From: Anaerolineae bacterium
GTDB taxonomy: Bacteria > Chloroflexota > Anaerolineae > B4-G1
Assembly (NCBI GenBank): GCA_046760785.1
Contig: JBHIET010000005.1
Location: 1,165 to 65,164, forward strand
DNA: 64,000 nt
Direction: 5' to 3'
In this document: positions 35,302 through 46,880 of the stretch, in pieces
Layout: every line of letters begins with the position of its first letter
How positions within the stretch are numbered: the stretch's first letter is position 1
Notes under the pieces: model-generated
The model's database searches: none
What the model saw: only the letters and a program-made list of their open reading frames with translations
Told to the model about the DNA's origin: nothing
Position numbers and translations under genes: made by a program

Positions 35302-35435
35302 GCGTTTGGCTACCCTTGTGAAGGTTGCGAATAGCACCAGCAATGGGGGCAATTCCTGACGGGCAGAGGCGCTTCCGGCTTGAAATCTGCAGCCCAACTT
35401 TCGCAAGGGTTGCCTGCGCCTGAAAGGAGGCCACG

Positions 35436-35957
35436 ATGCACAGCGACAACTGGATGGATGAGACAATCCCCAGCCGACACGTCAAGCCGGGTGCGGTAAT
35501 CCCTGCCGGCGTCTGGGTGCTGGGGGGCGTCGTGGTGCTGCTGGCGTTGGTGGTATGTGGGCTGTGGGTGCTCTATCTGCTGCGTGGGCAGGTGGCCACC
35601 GGCGGCCCCACTCCCACGCCTATCATCTGGACGCCTACATCGGTGCCCACGCCCGCTGCCAGCTCAACCCCTCCGCCCACCGAGACGGCCGGGCCGACCC
35701 CGACCATCTCGCCCGACATTGCCATCGGGCGCTACGTGCGGGTGGCGGGCACCGGCGGATATGGCCTCAGCCTGCGCTCTGGACCTGGCGAGAACTACAC
35801 CCGTATGGACGTCGCGCTCGAAGGGGAAGTTTTCATCGCCGTGGACGGGCCGACGGCGTCCGGTGGCTTCGAGTGGTGGAAGATCCGCGACCTGGAGAAC
35901 GAGGAACGGGAGTGGTGGGCGGTGGGGAACTTTCTGGAGCCGGTGGAGCATCCGTAG
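35436..35957 (+). CDS. Membrane-anchored SH3b domain protein
   Basis: A TM segment (VWVLGGVVVLLALVVCGLWVLYLL), a Pro/Thr linker and an SH3_3-like block (GRYVRVAGTGGYGLSLRSGPG...WWKI). Confidence 0.6.
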   Translation: MHSDNWMDETIPSRHVKPGAVIPAGVWVLGGVVVLLALVVCGLWVLYLLRGQVATGGPTPTPIIWTPTSVPTPAASSTPPPTETAGPTPTISPDIAIGRYVRVAGTGGYGLSLRSGPGENYTRMDVALEGEVFIAVDGPTASGGFEWWKIRDLENEEREWWAVGNFLEPVEHP

Positions 35958-36042
35958 CGTGGGCTCCGGGTTTCACTTTTCGAGTTGGAGGTCCGACGTT
36001 CGGATCGGAATGGACCTCGAGCATTGGCCATCGGCAGATTAG

Positions 36043-38176
<2,134 letters not shown>

Positions 38177-38238
38177 TGGCGTTCCTGAAACGCAAAGTGT
38201 GTTGTGATCCATAAAACCTTCCAGGAGGAATAGCTATT

Positions 38239-39429
38239 ATGAATTCGATCCGAAGACGTATTGAGGAGATGAACCGGCGGGTGACCGAAGCACAGCAGGC
38301 GGGGTTGTACTTCTACCTGCAGCCACTGGAGGAACTGGACGGGGCCTGGGTCACGACAAACGGGCGGCGCATGTTGAACTTCGCTTCCTACAGCTACCTG
38401 GGCCTGCTGGGGCATCCGAAGATCGAGACAGCAGCCCAGGAGGCACTGGCCCGCTACGGGACGGGCACTCACGGCGTCCGTGTCCTGGCCGGCACGCTGC
38501 CACTGCACAACGAACTGGAGCAGACCGTCGCCCGCTTCAAGAAGGCTGAGGCGGCCATCGTTTACTCCAGCGGCTACGTCACCAACCTGGCGACGGTGGC
38601 CGCGCTCGTGGGCCGCAACGACGTCGTCATCTGCGACAAGTTCAACCACGCTAGCATCGTGGATGGCTGCCTGCTCAGCCAGGCCAAGTTTTTACGCTTC
38701 CGTCACAACGACATGGCTAGCCTGGAGCGGCGGCTGCAGCAGATTGAGCCTGACGCCGGTCGGCTGGTCGTTGTGGACGCCGTCTTCAGTATGGACGGCG
38801 ACATCATCAACTTGCCGGAGGTAAGCCGGCTGTGTCGTGAGTACGATGCGCTGCTGATGGTGGACGAGGCCCACAGCGTGGGCGTGCTGGGCGAGACAGG
38901 CCACGGCATCGAGGAACACTTCGGACTCGAAGGCGCCATGGACTTGTACATGGGCACGCTCTCCAAGCCTATCCCCAGTGTCGGAGGGTACGTGGCGGGA
39001 AGTCAAGGGTTGATCACCTATCTCAAGCATGTGGCGCGGGCGTTCGTCTTCTCGGCCTCGCTGCCCCCGGCTCAGACGGCCGCCGCCAAAGCATCGTTCG
39101 AGGTAATCGAGGAGGAACCGTGGCGCGTGAAGAGGCTCCAGCGCAACGTCAAACAGTTCCTGGGCGGCCTCAGGGCGCGGGGCTTCAACACGCTCAACAG
39201 CGAGACTCCCATCGTGCCCATCATCTGCGGCGAGGACGAGCGGGCGTTTCAGATGACGAAGGTGTGTCAGGAGGAGGGCATCTTCGTGCTGCCGGTGATC
39301 TCTCCTGCTGTGCCGGTCGGGCTGGCGCGGCTGCGGGCCAACGTGACGGCGGCTCACTCGGAGGAGGACATCGCCCACGCCCTGGACGTCTTCGAGCGGG
39401 CAGGCAAGACAGTGGGTGTTCTTGAGTGA
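38239..39429 (+). CDS. Alpha-oxoamine synthase family PLP enzyme (Kbl/BioF/SPT-like)
   Basis: NFASYSYLGL, DEAHSVGVLG and the PLP lysine in GTLSKPIPSVGGY. Confidence 0.8.
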   Translation: MNSIRRRIEEMNRRVTEAQQAGLYFYLQPLEELDGAWVTTNGRRMLNFASYSYLGLLGHPKIETAAQEALARYGTGTHGVRVLAGTLPLHNELEQTVARFKKAEAAIVYSSGYVTNLATVAALVGRNDVVICDKFNHASIVDGCLLSQAKFLRFRHNDMASLERRLQQIEPDAGRLVVVDAVFSMDGDIINLPEVSRLCREYDALLMVDEAHSVGVLGETGHGIEEHFGLEGAMDLYMGTLSKPIPSVGGYVAGSQGLITYLKHVARAFVFSASLPPAQTAAAKASFEVIEEEPWRVKRLQRNVKQFLGGLRARGFNTLNSETPIVPIICGEDERAFQMTKVCQEEGIFVLPVISPAVPVGLARLRANVTAAHSEEDIAHALDVFERAGKTVGVLE

Positions 39430-39549
39430 ACAAGAAACCCAGTTTCTGAATCGTGGCATGAGTGGGACTGTTGTGCTCAAGCGCGACCGCGTCAAACCGG
39501 TACTACAGCGTCACCCCTTGGTCTTCTCCGGGGCAATGGGGGGCTGGCA

Positions 39550-40533
39550 ATGTTGACTGGCCTGCTGGCCTACTTTCCCTTTCTGACAATCGCGTTGGTT
39601 GCGCAGTGGAGCGACCGGTATCGCGCGGTGCGCTGGGTAACCTACGGGCTCCTTCTTCTGTTCGACGCATCAGCGGCGCTGGGAGGGCTGCTGGCGCTGC
39701 TGCTCGGTTGGAACCGGGGGATACAGCGCATGCTCTCGTCGCAGTACCCCGGTGTGGCGTCGCTGCGCTGGGATGTTTTCGGACTCGTTGTGATTGGGAC
39801 AACACTCCTGGCCCCTGTATTCCTGCTGCCGTATGTGCGGCGTGGCCTGGCTCATCTCATTCCTGTTGACCCCGAATCGGGTGTGCATGCCACGGCGTTG
39901 GCGCTGGCCGTCCTGGCGGCGGGGCTCAACCTCTCGCAGGTAGCGCTGATTGGCGGCCTGAGTGTGCTGGCCGCGAGTGCCGCCCAGGTTGCTTTTCTTG
40001 ACCTGCTGGCCTCGAATCTGCCGATTGGACTATTCGCCCTTGTCGGCGTGGGGTTCCTCGTCCGGCGCACGGCACGTGAGACGTGGGAGCGGTTAGGGTT
40101 AGAGCGCGTCACCTGGCGACGGACCGGCCTGACGATAGGCCTGGCAGTGGTCATCCTGGTGTTCTACTACGGGGTTGACCGGGTCTGGCGCCTGCTGGCT
40201 CCTGAGAGTTACGAGATGATGGAGGCGTTGGGCGAGGTGCTGTATGGTGGGGTCATGGTCACCTGGCAGGCCATCGCGGTCAGCCTGGTTGCCGGCGTGA
40301 CGGAGGAGCTCTTCTTCCGGGGGGCATTACAGCCGCGCTTTGGTCTGTTATTGACGGCGATCCTTTTCACCGGCGTGCACGTGCAGTACGGCCTCACGCC
40401 AGCGACGCTGGAGGTCTTTGGCGGGGCACTGGCGCTGGGCTGGCTGCGCCAGCGGACGAACACGAGCGCCTGCATGCTTTTGCACGTGCTATACGACGTC
40501 GCTGGGCTGCTCGTTTTCCCGCTGCTACCCTGA
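39550..40533 (+). CDS. CPBP family intramembrane glutamic endopeptidase
   Basis: Multi-TM, with EELFFRG, FTGVHVQY and HVLYD motifs. Confidence 0.75.
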   Translation: MLTGLLAYFPFLTIALVAQWSDRYRAVRWVTYGLLLLFDASAALGGLLALLLGWNRGIQRMLSSQYPGVASLRWDVFGLVVIGTTLLAPVFLLPYVRRGLAHLIPVDPESGVHATALALAVLAAGLNLSQVALIGGLSVLAASAAQVAFLDLLASNLPIGLFALVGVGFLVRRTARETWERLGLERVTWRRTGLTIGLAVVILVFYYGVDRVWRLLAPESYEMMEALGEVLYGGVMVTWQAIAVSLVAGVTEELFFRGALQPRFGLLLTAILFTGVHVQYGLTPATLEVFGGALALGWLRQRTNTSACMLLHVLYDVAGLLVFPLLP

Positions 40534-40539
40534 GAGGGC

Positions 40540-40567
40540 TTGCATTTGCGCCACCTGCGAGTATAAT
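40540..40567 (+). promoter_or_regulatory. Sigma70 promoter TTGCAT-16-TATAAT upstream of secA
   Basis: cTTGCATttgcgccacctgcgagTATAATtg. Confidence 0.5.
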
Positions 40568-40602
40568 TGATGCTTGATTCTACATAGGGGTTGAATGGGT
40601 TG

Positions 40603-43600
40603 ATGTTGCGGGGACTGTTCACGAAAGTCATCAGTGACTCTGATCAGCGTGAGGTTGCTCGGCTGCAGAAAGTGGTCGAGCGTATCAACGCGCTCGAGCC
40701 GGAGTTCGAGGCGCTGAGCGACGTCCAGTTGCGGGCCAGGACCGATGAGTTCCGCCGGCGCCTGGCAGACGGCGAGACGCTGGGCGATATTCTGGTCGAG
40801 GCCTTCGCGGCTGTGCGCGAGGCGGCCAAACGCACCATCGGCATGCGTCACTACGACGTGCAACTGATCGGCGGCATCGTCCTCCACCAGGCAAAGATCA
40901 CTGAGATGAAGACCGGCGAGGGGAAGACACTCGTCGCCACACTGCCGCTCTACCTTAACGCGCTGGAGGGGAAAGGCGCTCATTTGGTCACGCCCAACGA
41001 TTATCTCTCCAAAGTAGGCGTGCAGTGGATGGGGCCGATCTATCACGCGCTCGGCCTGTCGGTGGGAGTGATTCAGTCGGCGGCTGCCGATCCCGACCGG
41101 GGCTCCTTCCTCTTCGACCCGGACTACCCTTCGGCTGATGATCGCTTTCTGAACCTACGCCCTGTCTCTCGGCGCGAGGCCTACCTGGCTGACATCACCT
41201 ACGGCACTAACAACGAGTTCGGGTTCGACTACCTGCGCGACAACATGGCGCGCGATCTGTCGGAGTGCGTGCAGCGGGAGCTTCACTATGCCATCATTGA
41301 CGAGGTGGACAATATCCTGATTGACGAGGCGCGCACGCCGCTCATCATCTCCGGCCCGGCCGAGGAGTCCTCGGAACTTTACCGCCGCTTTGCTGACATT
41401 GTGCGTCGGTTGCGGCCCAGCAGCCCTGGAAGTGTCGAACGAGAGGCGCCGGATGGCGATTATGTTGTGGAGGAAAGGACGCAGATCGTCACGCTGACGG
41501 AGCAGGGGGTCGAGCGTGTCGAGCAGATGTTACCGGAGATCGAGGCGGAGGAGAGTATCTACGACCCCAAGCACGCCCACATGCTGCCCTACCTCGACAA
41601 CGCGCTGCGGGCCTACGTCACCTACAAGCGGGACAAGGACTACATCGTCAAAGATGGCGAGGTAATCATTGTTGACGACTTCACTGGCCGGCTGATGTAC
41701 GGGCGGCGCTTCTCCGAGGGTCTGCACCAGGCCATAGAGGCCAAGGAAGGGGTGCAGGTGCGGCGAGAGAGCCTGACCTATGCCACCATCACCTTCCAGA
41801 ACTACTTCCGCATGTACGAGAAACTGGCCGGGATGACCGGCACGGCCAAGACGGAGGAAGAGGAGTTCCAGAGGATCTACAACCTGGACGTGGTGGTGCT
41901 TCCCACCAACGTCGAATATCGCGCCACCTATGGCGACCTGGTCACCTGCGAGCGGCGGGCGGATGAGATCGAGGAGGTCACCTTTGCCGGGGTGCTGGAC
42001 GGACGCACGAGTGTCTTCGGCGAACTCGGTCAAGCCGTGGTGGTGACCACTTATGAATCCCCCGATAGGAATGGACGGCGCTACTTCAAGCGGCTCGACC
42101 TTACGGATGTGATCTATGCAACTGAGCAGGGCAAGTTCCGGGCTGTGGTAGACGAAATCAAGACGCTGCGCGAGGCTGGCCGTCCGGTGCTGGTGGGCAC
42201 TATCGCGATCGAGACTTCGGAGCGGCTTTCAAAAATGCTCAAGCGGCGTGGCGTCCCCCACCAGGTACTCAACGCCAAGCATCACGAGAAGGAAGCGGTG
42301 ATCATTGCGCAGGCGGGACGCTCGGGCGCGGTGACAATCGCTACCAATATGGCCGGTCGAGGCGTGGACATCAAACTGGGCGGCGACCCGGAGGGGGTGG
42401 CCCGCGAGCGGCTGCGCAAGGAGGGCTTCGACCTGACCGAGATTCGCCAGGCACACTGGAACCATGCACTGGAGTTGCTGCGCCAGGGTCGAGACGTGGC
42501 GGAGGTTTACCCTGATCCATGGGCGCAGGTGCTGGCCAAGGCGGTGGCAGACTGCACGGCCGACCACGAGCGTGTGGTGGCTATGGGCGGCTTGCACATC
42601 CTGGGCACCGAGCGGCACGAGGCGCGCCGTATTGACAATCAGTTGCGGGGTCGGGCGGGCCGCCAGGGTGACCCTGGTTCCTCTCGGTTCTACATCTCGC
42701 TCGAGGACGAGTTGATGCGCCGCTTCGGTGGCGAGCGGGTGCAGGGTTTGATGAGCCGGTTTGGCGTGGAAGAGGACATGCCTATCCAGCACACCTGGCT
42801 CGACAAGTCCATTGAGTCGGCGCAGATGCGGGTGGAAGGGTACAATTTCGACATCCGCAAACACGTGCTGGAGTACGACGATGTGGTCAACAAGCAGCGC
42901 GAGGTAATCTATGCCCAGCGGCGGCAGGTGCTCAGCGCGTCCAACCTGCGCGACCAGGTGCTGCGCATGGTGCAGGATGAAGTTAGCCGTGTGGTGACCG
43001 TTCACACGCCCGGCCACGACCCGGATGACTGGGACCTGCGTGGGCTTTACAGCGAGTTGCGTACCTTCTTCCCACTGCCTTCTACTTTCAACTATCGCAG
43101 GTGGAGGGAACTCTCGCCCGACGAGATTGGTGCGCAGCTATCTGAGATGGCCGAACGTGCATACGACGAGGTCAACCGTATCATCGGACACGAGGTCTAC
43201 CGGCAGGCGGCACGGGAGGACGTGACGCTGGAGGCGCTGGAACAGAGTGCCAATCCGGCACAGCGGTTGGTCTATCAGCGGGTGGTTGAGCGGCTGGGAG
43301 GGGGGTCGAACGAGGATTGGACCACTCAACCCCTGCGTCGGCTTGCGGACGAGATGAAAGCGCAGGTTGAAGAGGCATTTGTGGACGCCTATCGCCTCTT
43401 CCGTGACCGGCAGTTGATGCTGCAGGCGGTGGATGGTCTGTGGGTGCGGCACCTGACGGACCTGTCGGCTCTGCGCGAGGGTATTGGGTTGCGGGCCTAC
43501 GGTCAAGAAAACCCGCTTGTGGCTTACCGCAAGGAAGCGCACGAGATGTACGAAGCATTGTTGGCCCGCATTCAGCAGACAGTGGCACGATCTGTCTATC

Positions 43601-43869
43601 TGGTGCCGCAGACTCTGATCATTCAACCCAATAGGAGGAATCGCCGGCAGTTGCAAGCGATGCGCCCCCGTGTGCCAAGGGAGCGGCGGCTGGCACAGCC
43701 GGTTCGGGCTACATCCGAGGAGCGATCATTGGGACGTAACGATCCGTGCTGGTGCGGCAGCGGCAAGAAGTACAAGCACTGCCACATGCGGCAGGATATA
43801 GAGGCACAACGAGGCCCGATCGCCGCCACCCGGCCGCCTCAAGTGCCTGGGCGGAAGCGGCGGCGCTAG
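40603..43869 (+). CDS. secA: Preprotein translocase ATPase SecA (long form with insertions)
   Basis: MKTGEGKTLVATLP, DEVDNILIDEARTPLIISG, TNMAGRGVDIKLGG and the C-terminal Zn finger CWCGSGKKYKHCH. Confidence 0.95.
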   Translation: MLRGLFTKVISDSDQREVARLQKVVERINALEPEFEALSDVQLRARTDEFRRRLADGETLGDILVEAFAAVREAAKRTIGMRHYDVQLIGGIVLHQAKITEMKTGEGKTLVATLPLYLNALEGKGAHLVTPNDYLSKVGVQWMGPIYHALGLSVGVIQSAAADPDRGSFLFDPDYPSADDRFLNLRPVSRREAYLADITYGTNNEFGFDYLRDNMARDLSECVQRELHYAIIDEVDNILIDEARTPLIISGPAEESSELYRRFADIVRRLRPSSPGSVEREAPDGDYVVEERTQIVTLTEQGVERVEQMLPEIEAEESIYDPKHAHMLPYLDNALRAYVTYKRDKDYIVKDGEVIIVDDFTGRLMYGRRFSEGLHQAIEAKEGVQVRRESLTYATITFQNYFRMYEKLAGMTGTAKTEEEEFQRIYNLDVVVLPTNVEYRATYGDLVTCERRADEIEEVTFAGVLDGRTSVFGELGQAVVVTTYESPDRNGRRYFKRLDLTDVIYATEQGKFRAVVDEIKTLREAGRPVLVGTIAIETSERLSKMLKRRGVPHQVLNAKHHEKEAVIIAQAGRSGAVTIATNMAGRGVDIKLGGDPEGVARERLRKEGFDLTEIRQAHWNHALELLRQGRDVAEVYPDPWAQVLAKAVADCTADHERVVAMGGLHILGTERHEARRIDNQLRGRAGRQGDPGSSRFYISLEDELMRRFGGERVQGLMSRFGVEEDMPIQHTWLDKSIESAQMRVEGYNFDIRKHVLEYDDVVNKQREVIYAQRRQVLSASNLRDQVLRMVQDEVSRVVTVHTPGHDPDDWDLRGLYSELRTFFPLPSTFNYRRWRELSPDEIGAQLSEMAERAYDEVNRIIGHEVYRQAAREDVTLEALEQSANPAQRLVYQRVVERLGGGSNEDWTTQPLRRLADEMKAQVEEAFVDAYRLFRDRQLMLQAVDGLWVRHLTDLSALREGIGLRAYGQENPLVAYRKEAHEMYEALLARIQQTVARSVYLVPQTLIIQPNRRNRRQLQAMRPRVPRERRLAQPVRATSEERSLGRNDPCWCGSGKKYKHCHMRQDIEAQRGPIAATRPPQVPGRKRRR

Positions 43870-43892
43870 TTAGTAGGTGTAGGAGGATGCGC

Positions 43893-44264
43893 ATGGACGA
43901 ACTTGACCTGACAGGTCGCCTTATGGCAGATATGGACCCTCAATTGCTTGATTTCCTGCAGACGAAAGTCAACTCCTTCGTCAAGTGGGACCTGGTCCGC
44001 TTCTTCCACGACAATCCCCACACTACGGACACAGCCGACAATATCGCCCGTTACGCTGGCCGCACTGTCGAGGCCATCAGCGCCGAACTGGCCGAACTGG
44101 CGCGGGATGGGGTGCTGGAGGAAAATCAACTGGGCGATATGACCGTCTACTCGTTGGCCCCAGACCGCCAGATTCGGGAGCTGCTGGAACAATTCGTGAG
44201 GGCCTCTGATGACCGGCAGTTTCGGGTCAAAGTGATCTACCACATCATCCGGGGGACACGGTGA
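43893..44264 (+). CDS. Small winged-helix-like protein of unknown function (first gene of the KaiC-like module)
   Basis: MDELDLTGRLMADMDPQLLDFLQ...IARYAGRTVEAISAELAELARDGVLEE, with an RBS (aggagg) 6 nt upstream. The track ORF start at 43746 overlaps secA and is rejected. Confidence 0.55.
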   Translation: MDELDLTGRLMADMDPQLLDFLQTKVNSFVKWDLVRFFHDNPHTTDTADNIARYAGRTVEAISAELAELARDGVLEENQLGDMTVYSLAPDRQIRELLEQFVRASDDRQFRVKVIYHIIRGTR

Positions 44265-44364
44265 TGGTTAGGGGTGCGATGGTGAGGGCGTGGTGCGTCG
44301 CGTCGCATGCTCTTACTTTCCGCTTCTCCATGCTCACCGGGGCAAGAGTATGAGGAGGGAAGCG

Positions 44365-45126
44365 ATGGAACGGGTGAAAGCGGGCGTTCCAGGTCTGGAT
44401 GAGATGCTCTGGGGTGGCTTCTTGCCTCAAACGGCCAATCTGGTCGAGGGTGCGCCGGGCACGGGCAAGACGACTTTGGGGATGCAGTTCATTTACCACG
44501 GCATTGTGGCCTGCGGGGAGCCTGGTCTGATACTGACCTTTGAGCAGTTCCCACAGCAGTATTATAGTGATGCAGCCAGTTTCGGATGGGACTTCCGCCA
44601 GATGGAGCGGGAGGGGAAACTGCGTGTGATGATGACCAGCCCAGAGGTCAGCAAGGTTGACCTGCAACAGGTCGGCGGGCGGATCGAGAGGTTGGTACAG
44701 GAGATAGGTGCCAAGCGGATACTGATAGATAGCCTCTCGCATTTTGAGCGTCTCAGCGAGGATTCCGCGCGTCTGCGGTCTATCGCCTATGGATTCATCA
44801 ACGCGCTGAAACGCGAAGGCCTGACGGCCGTGTTGACGCGAGAGAGCGGGGCACTGCTGGGGGAGGCAGAAGGAACTGACGATGCTTTTGCTTTTCTTGT
44901 TGACTCCTACATTCTCCTCCGGTACGTCGAGATCGAGAGCGCTGTCCGCAAGGCCATCCTGGTTCTCAAGATGCGGGGCAGCAATCACGACAAAGGCATC
45001 CGTCAGTTTGAGATTACTCCCCGTGGCATTGAAGTCCGGGCGCCGTTCGAGGGACGAGAGGGGATTATGAGCGGCAGCCCCCGGCGGATGGCTGATTCGT
45101 TCGTGCAGGCCTTTGTGAGGCGTTAG
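44365..45126 (+). CDS. Single-domain KaiC/RecA-superfamily ATPase
   Basis: MERVKAGVPGLDEMLWGGF, Walker A GAPGTGKTT, Walker B RILIDSLS and LVLKMRGSNHDKGIRQFEI. Confidence 0.8.
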   Translation: MERVKAGVPGLDEMLWGGFLPQTANLVEGAPGTGKTTLGMQFIYHGIVACGEPGLILTFEQFPQQYYSDAASFGWDFRQMEREGKLRVMMTSPEVSKVDLQQVGGRIERLVQEIGAKRILIDSLSHFERLSEDSARLRSIAYGFINALKREGLTAVLTRESGALLGEAEGTDDAFAFLVDSYILLRYVEIESAVRKAILVLKMRGSNHDKGIRQFEITPRGIEVRAPFEGREGIMSGSPRRMADSFVQAFVRR

Positions 45127-45142
45127 TTGGAGGTTGGTCGCC

Positions 45143-45433
45143 ATGGAGGTGGTCAAATACGCATTGGCCATATACTCGTGGGCTGTCATTGGGATGTTGC
45201 TGGTTTTCCTGTGGCGTATCGCCTATTTCTATGAGAAGACTTCGGGCCAGCGCGTGCCTCATTATTTAGTCATCTTCCCGTCATTGTTGCTGGCGGCCGG
45301 TGTGGCCTGGTACCTCGTTTATAGCGTAGAGTTTACCGGGCAGCCGGTCGGCGATCTGCTGCTGTTTGCGGGCGGTATCCTGCTCTTAGCGTTTGGCGGC
45401 CGTTTACAGGAGTTGATGACTGGAGAGCGATGA
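45143..45433 (+). CDS. Small membrane protein (3 predicted TM)
   Basis: Hydrophobic segments are present, an RBS (ttggagg) lies upstream, and the stop overlaps the next start (ATGA). Confidence 0.5.
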   Translation: MEVVKYALAIYSWAVIGMLLVFLWRIAYFYEKTSGQRVPHYLVIFPSLLLAAGVAWYLVYSVEFTGQPVGDLLLFAGGILLLAFGGRLQELMTGER

Positions 45434-45771
45434 TGATTGTCATCACGACACCTCTGGGGCCTGTGGGTTTGCTGGTGATTGCTTACCTGAGTCTTCTGTT
45501 TGCCAATTTCAGCCGGCGATTAAGCGCAGTGACGAAGATGGCGGACTATTATCGCTGGTTTCAGGTGGCCAGTCTCTTGATTGCCCTGGCGGCGATGAGC
45601 CAGATCGTGCGGGGCACCGTGGCACTTGCGCCCGAGCTCGCATCGCCAGTCTTGCTAGAGCCCTGGTTTGCTCTGGTGAGTTTCCATATCCCTCTGGCTA
45701 TAGGGGTGACCGCTGACTTGTGGCTCGTGTTGTACTACTGGAGATGGATATTGAAGGAAAGGGTCGAGTGA
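45430..45771 (+). CDS. Small membrane protein (3-4 predicted TM)
   Basis: Hydrophobic segments are present and the gene is translationally coupled to the previous ORF. Confidence 0.5.
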   Translation: MMIVITTPLGPVGLLVIAYLSLLFANFSRRLSAVTKMADYYRWFQVASLLIALAAMSQIVRGTVALAPELASPVLLEPWFALVSFHIPLAIGVTADLWLVLYYWRWILKERVE

Positions 45772-45814
45772 AAATCGAATTGTCCTCAGAGTAGAACACC
45801 ACGGGCGATATGTG

Positions 45815-46876
45815 ATGCAAGACAAGAGGGAGCGATCGAGGGCCATAGCCAGCCTGCGTGCTCAACTACATGCTCTACCAAAAGTGGACCTACACCGTCA
45901 TTTGGAGGGCTCTCTGCGACTCCAGACCCTGGCTGAGATCGCCCAGGAGCATGGGATTGACCTGCCCAGTTACGACATCGAGTCTCTGCGGCCCTTCGTG
46001 ACAGTGACAGACGAGAAACCGGATTTCCATCGCTTTCTTCAGAAGTTTACGTTCCTGCGGCGTTTCTATACCACCCAGGCAGCGATAGAGCGAGTGGCGT
46101 ATGAGGCGGTGGCCGATGCAGCGGCCGACAACATCAGGTACTTGGAGTTGCGCTTCAATCCGGTGGCCCAGGCCCGGGCACAAGGATTTTCGCTCGACGA
46201 GGTGACGACCTGGGTGTGCGGTGCTGTCGCCAGAGCTCAGCGTGATTACGGGGTGCGCACCAATCTGATCCTGCAGATCGGTCGGGATGAGGACATGAAA
46301 ACGGCGTCCCAGATCGTTGAGGTTGCATTGGCTCACCAGGGCAATGGCGTCGTTGGTCTGGATTTAGCCGGCGATGAAGTGAAGTATCCAGCCCGTCGCT
46401 TTGCTGAGGTTTTCCGGTGGGCGCGGCAGGAGGGGTTGTGGGCGACGGTGCACGCTGGGGAGGCTGGAGAGGCCGAGAATGTTCGCGAAGCAATCGAACT
46501 GCTGGGAGCAGGGCGCATCGGGCATGGGGTACGCGCGATCGAGAGTTCGGCGATTGTGCAATTGCTCCGCGAGCGTGAGGTGACGTTGGAGGTCTGTCCG
46601 ACCAGCAACTTACAGACTGCCGTTGTACGCCATTTGGCCCTCCACCCGCTGCCCGATTTGCTGGCTCTCGGTCTGCGTGTGACAATCAACACCGACGATC
46701 CCAGTGTCAGCGATACGACGCTTACCGACGAGTACGTGGTCGTTATGCTGGCAATGGGAGTGACACTAGAGCAGATCAAACGCACGCTCGTGATGGCTGC
46801 CGAGGGTTCCTTCCAGCCACTGGAGGAGCGGAAGCGGCTAGCGGAGTGGTTCCGCAAGGAGCTGGAGTTGGATTAG
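45815..46876 (+). CDS. add: Adenosine deaminase
   Basis: LPKVDLHRHLEGSLR, VHAGE and TINTDDP. Confidence 0.9.
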   Translation: MQDKRERSRAIASLRAQLHALPKVDLHRHLEGSLRLQTLAEIAQEHGIDLPSYDIESLRPFVTVTDEKPDFHRFLQKFTFLRRFYTTQAAIERVAYEAVADAAADNIRYLELRFNPVAQARAQGFSLDEVTTWVCGAVARAQRDYGVRTNLILQIGRDEDMKTASQIVEVALAHQGNGVVGLDLAGDEVKYPARRFAEVFRWARQEGLWATVHAGEAGEAENVREAIELLGAGRIGHGVRAIESSAIVQLLREREVTLEVCPTSNLQTAVVRHLALHPLPDLLALGLRVTINTDDPSVSDTTLTDEYVVVMLAMGVTLEQIKRTLVMAAEGSFQPLEERKRLAEWFRKELELD

Positions 46877-46880
46877 AGTA

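Noticed and set aside
43746-43892. The upstream extension of the small wHTH-like ORF that overlaps the 3' end of secA.
   Set aside because: The extension is Arg/Ala-rich, lies in an alternative frame of the conserved SecA C-terminus, and has no RBS. The ATG at 43893 has a well-spaced AGGAGG.
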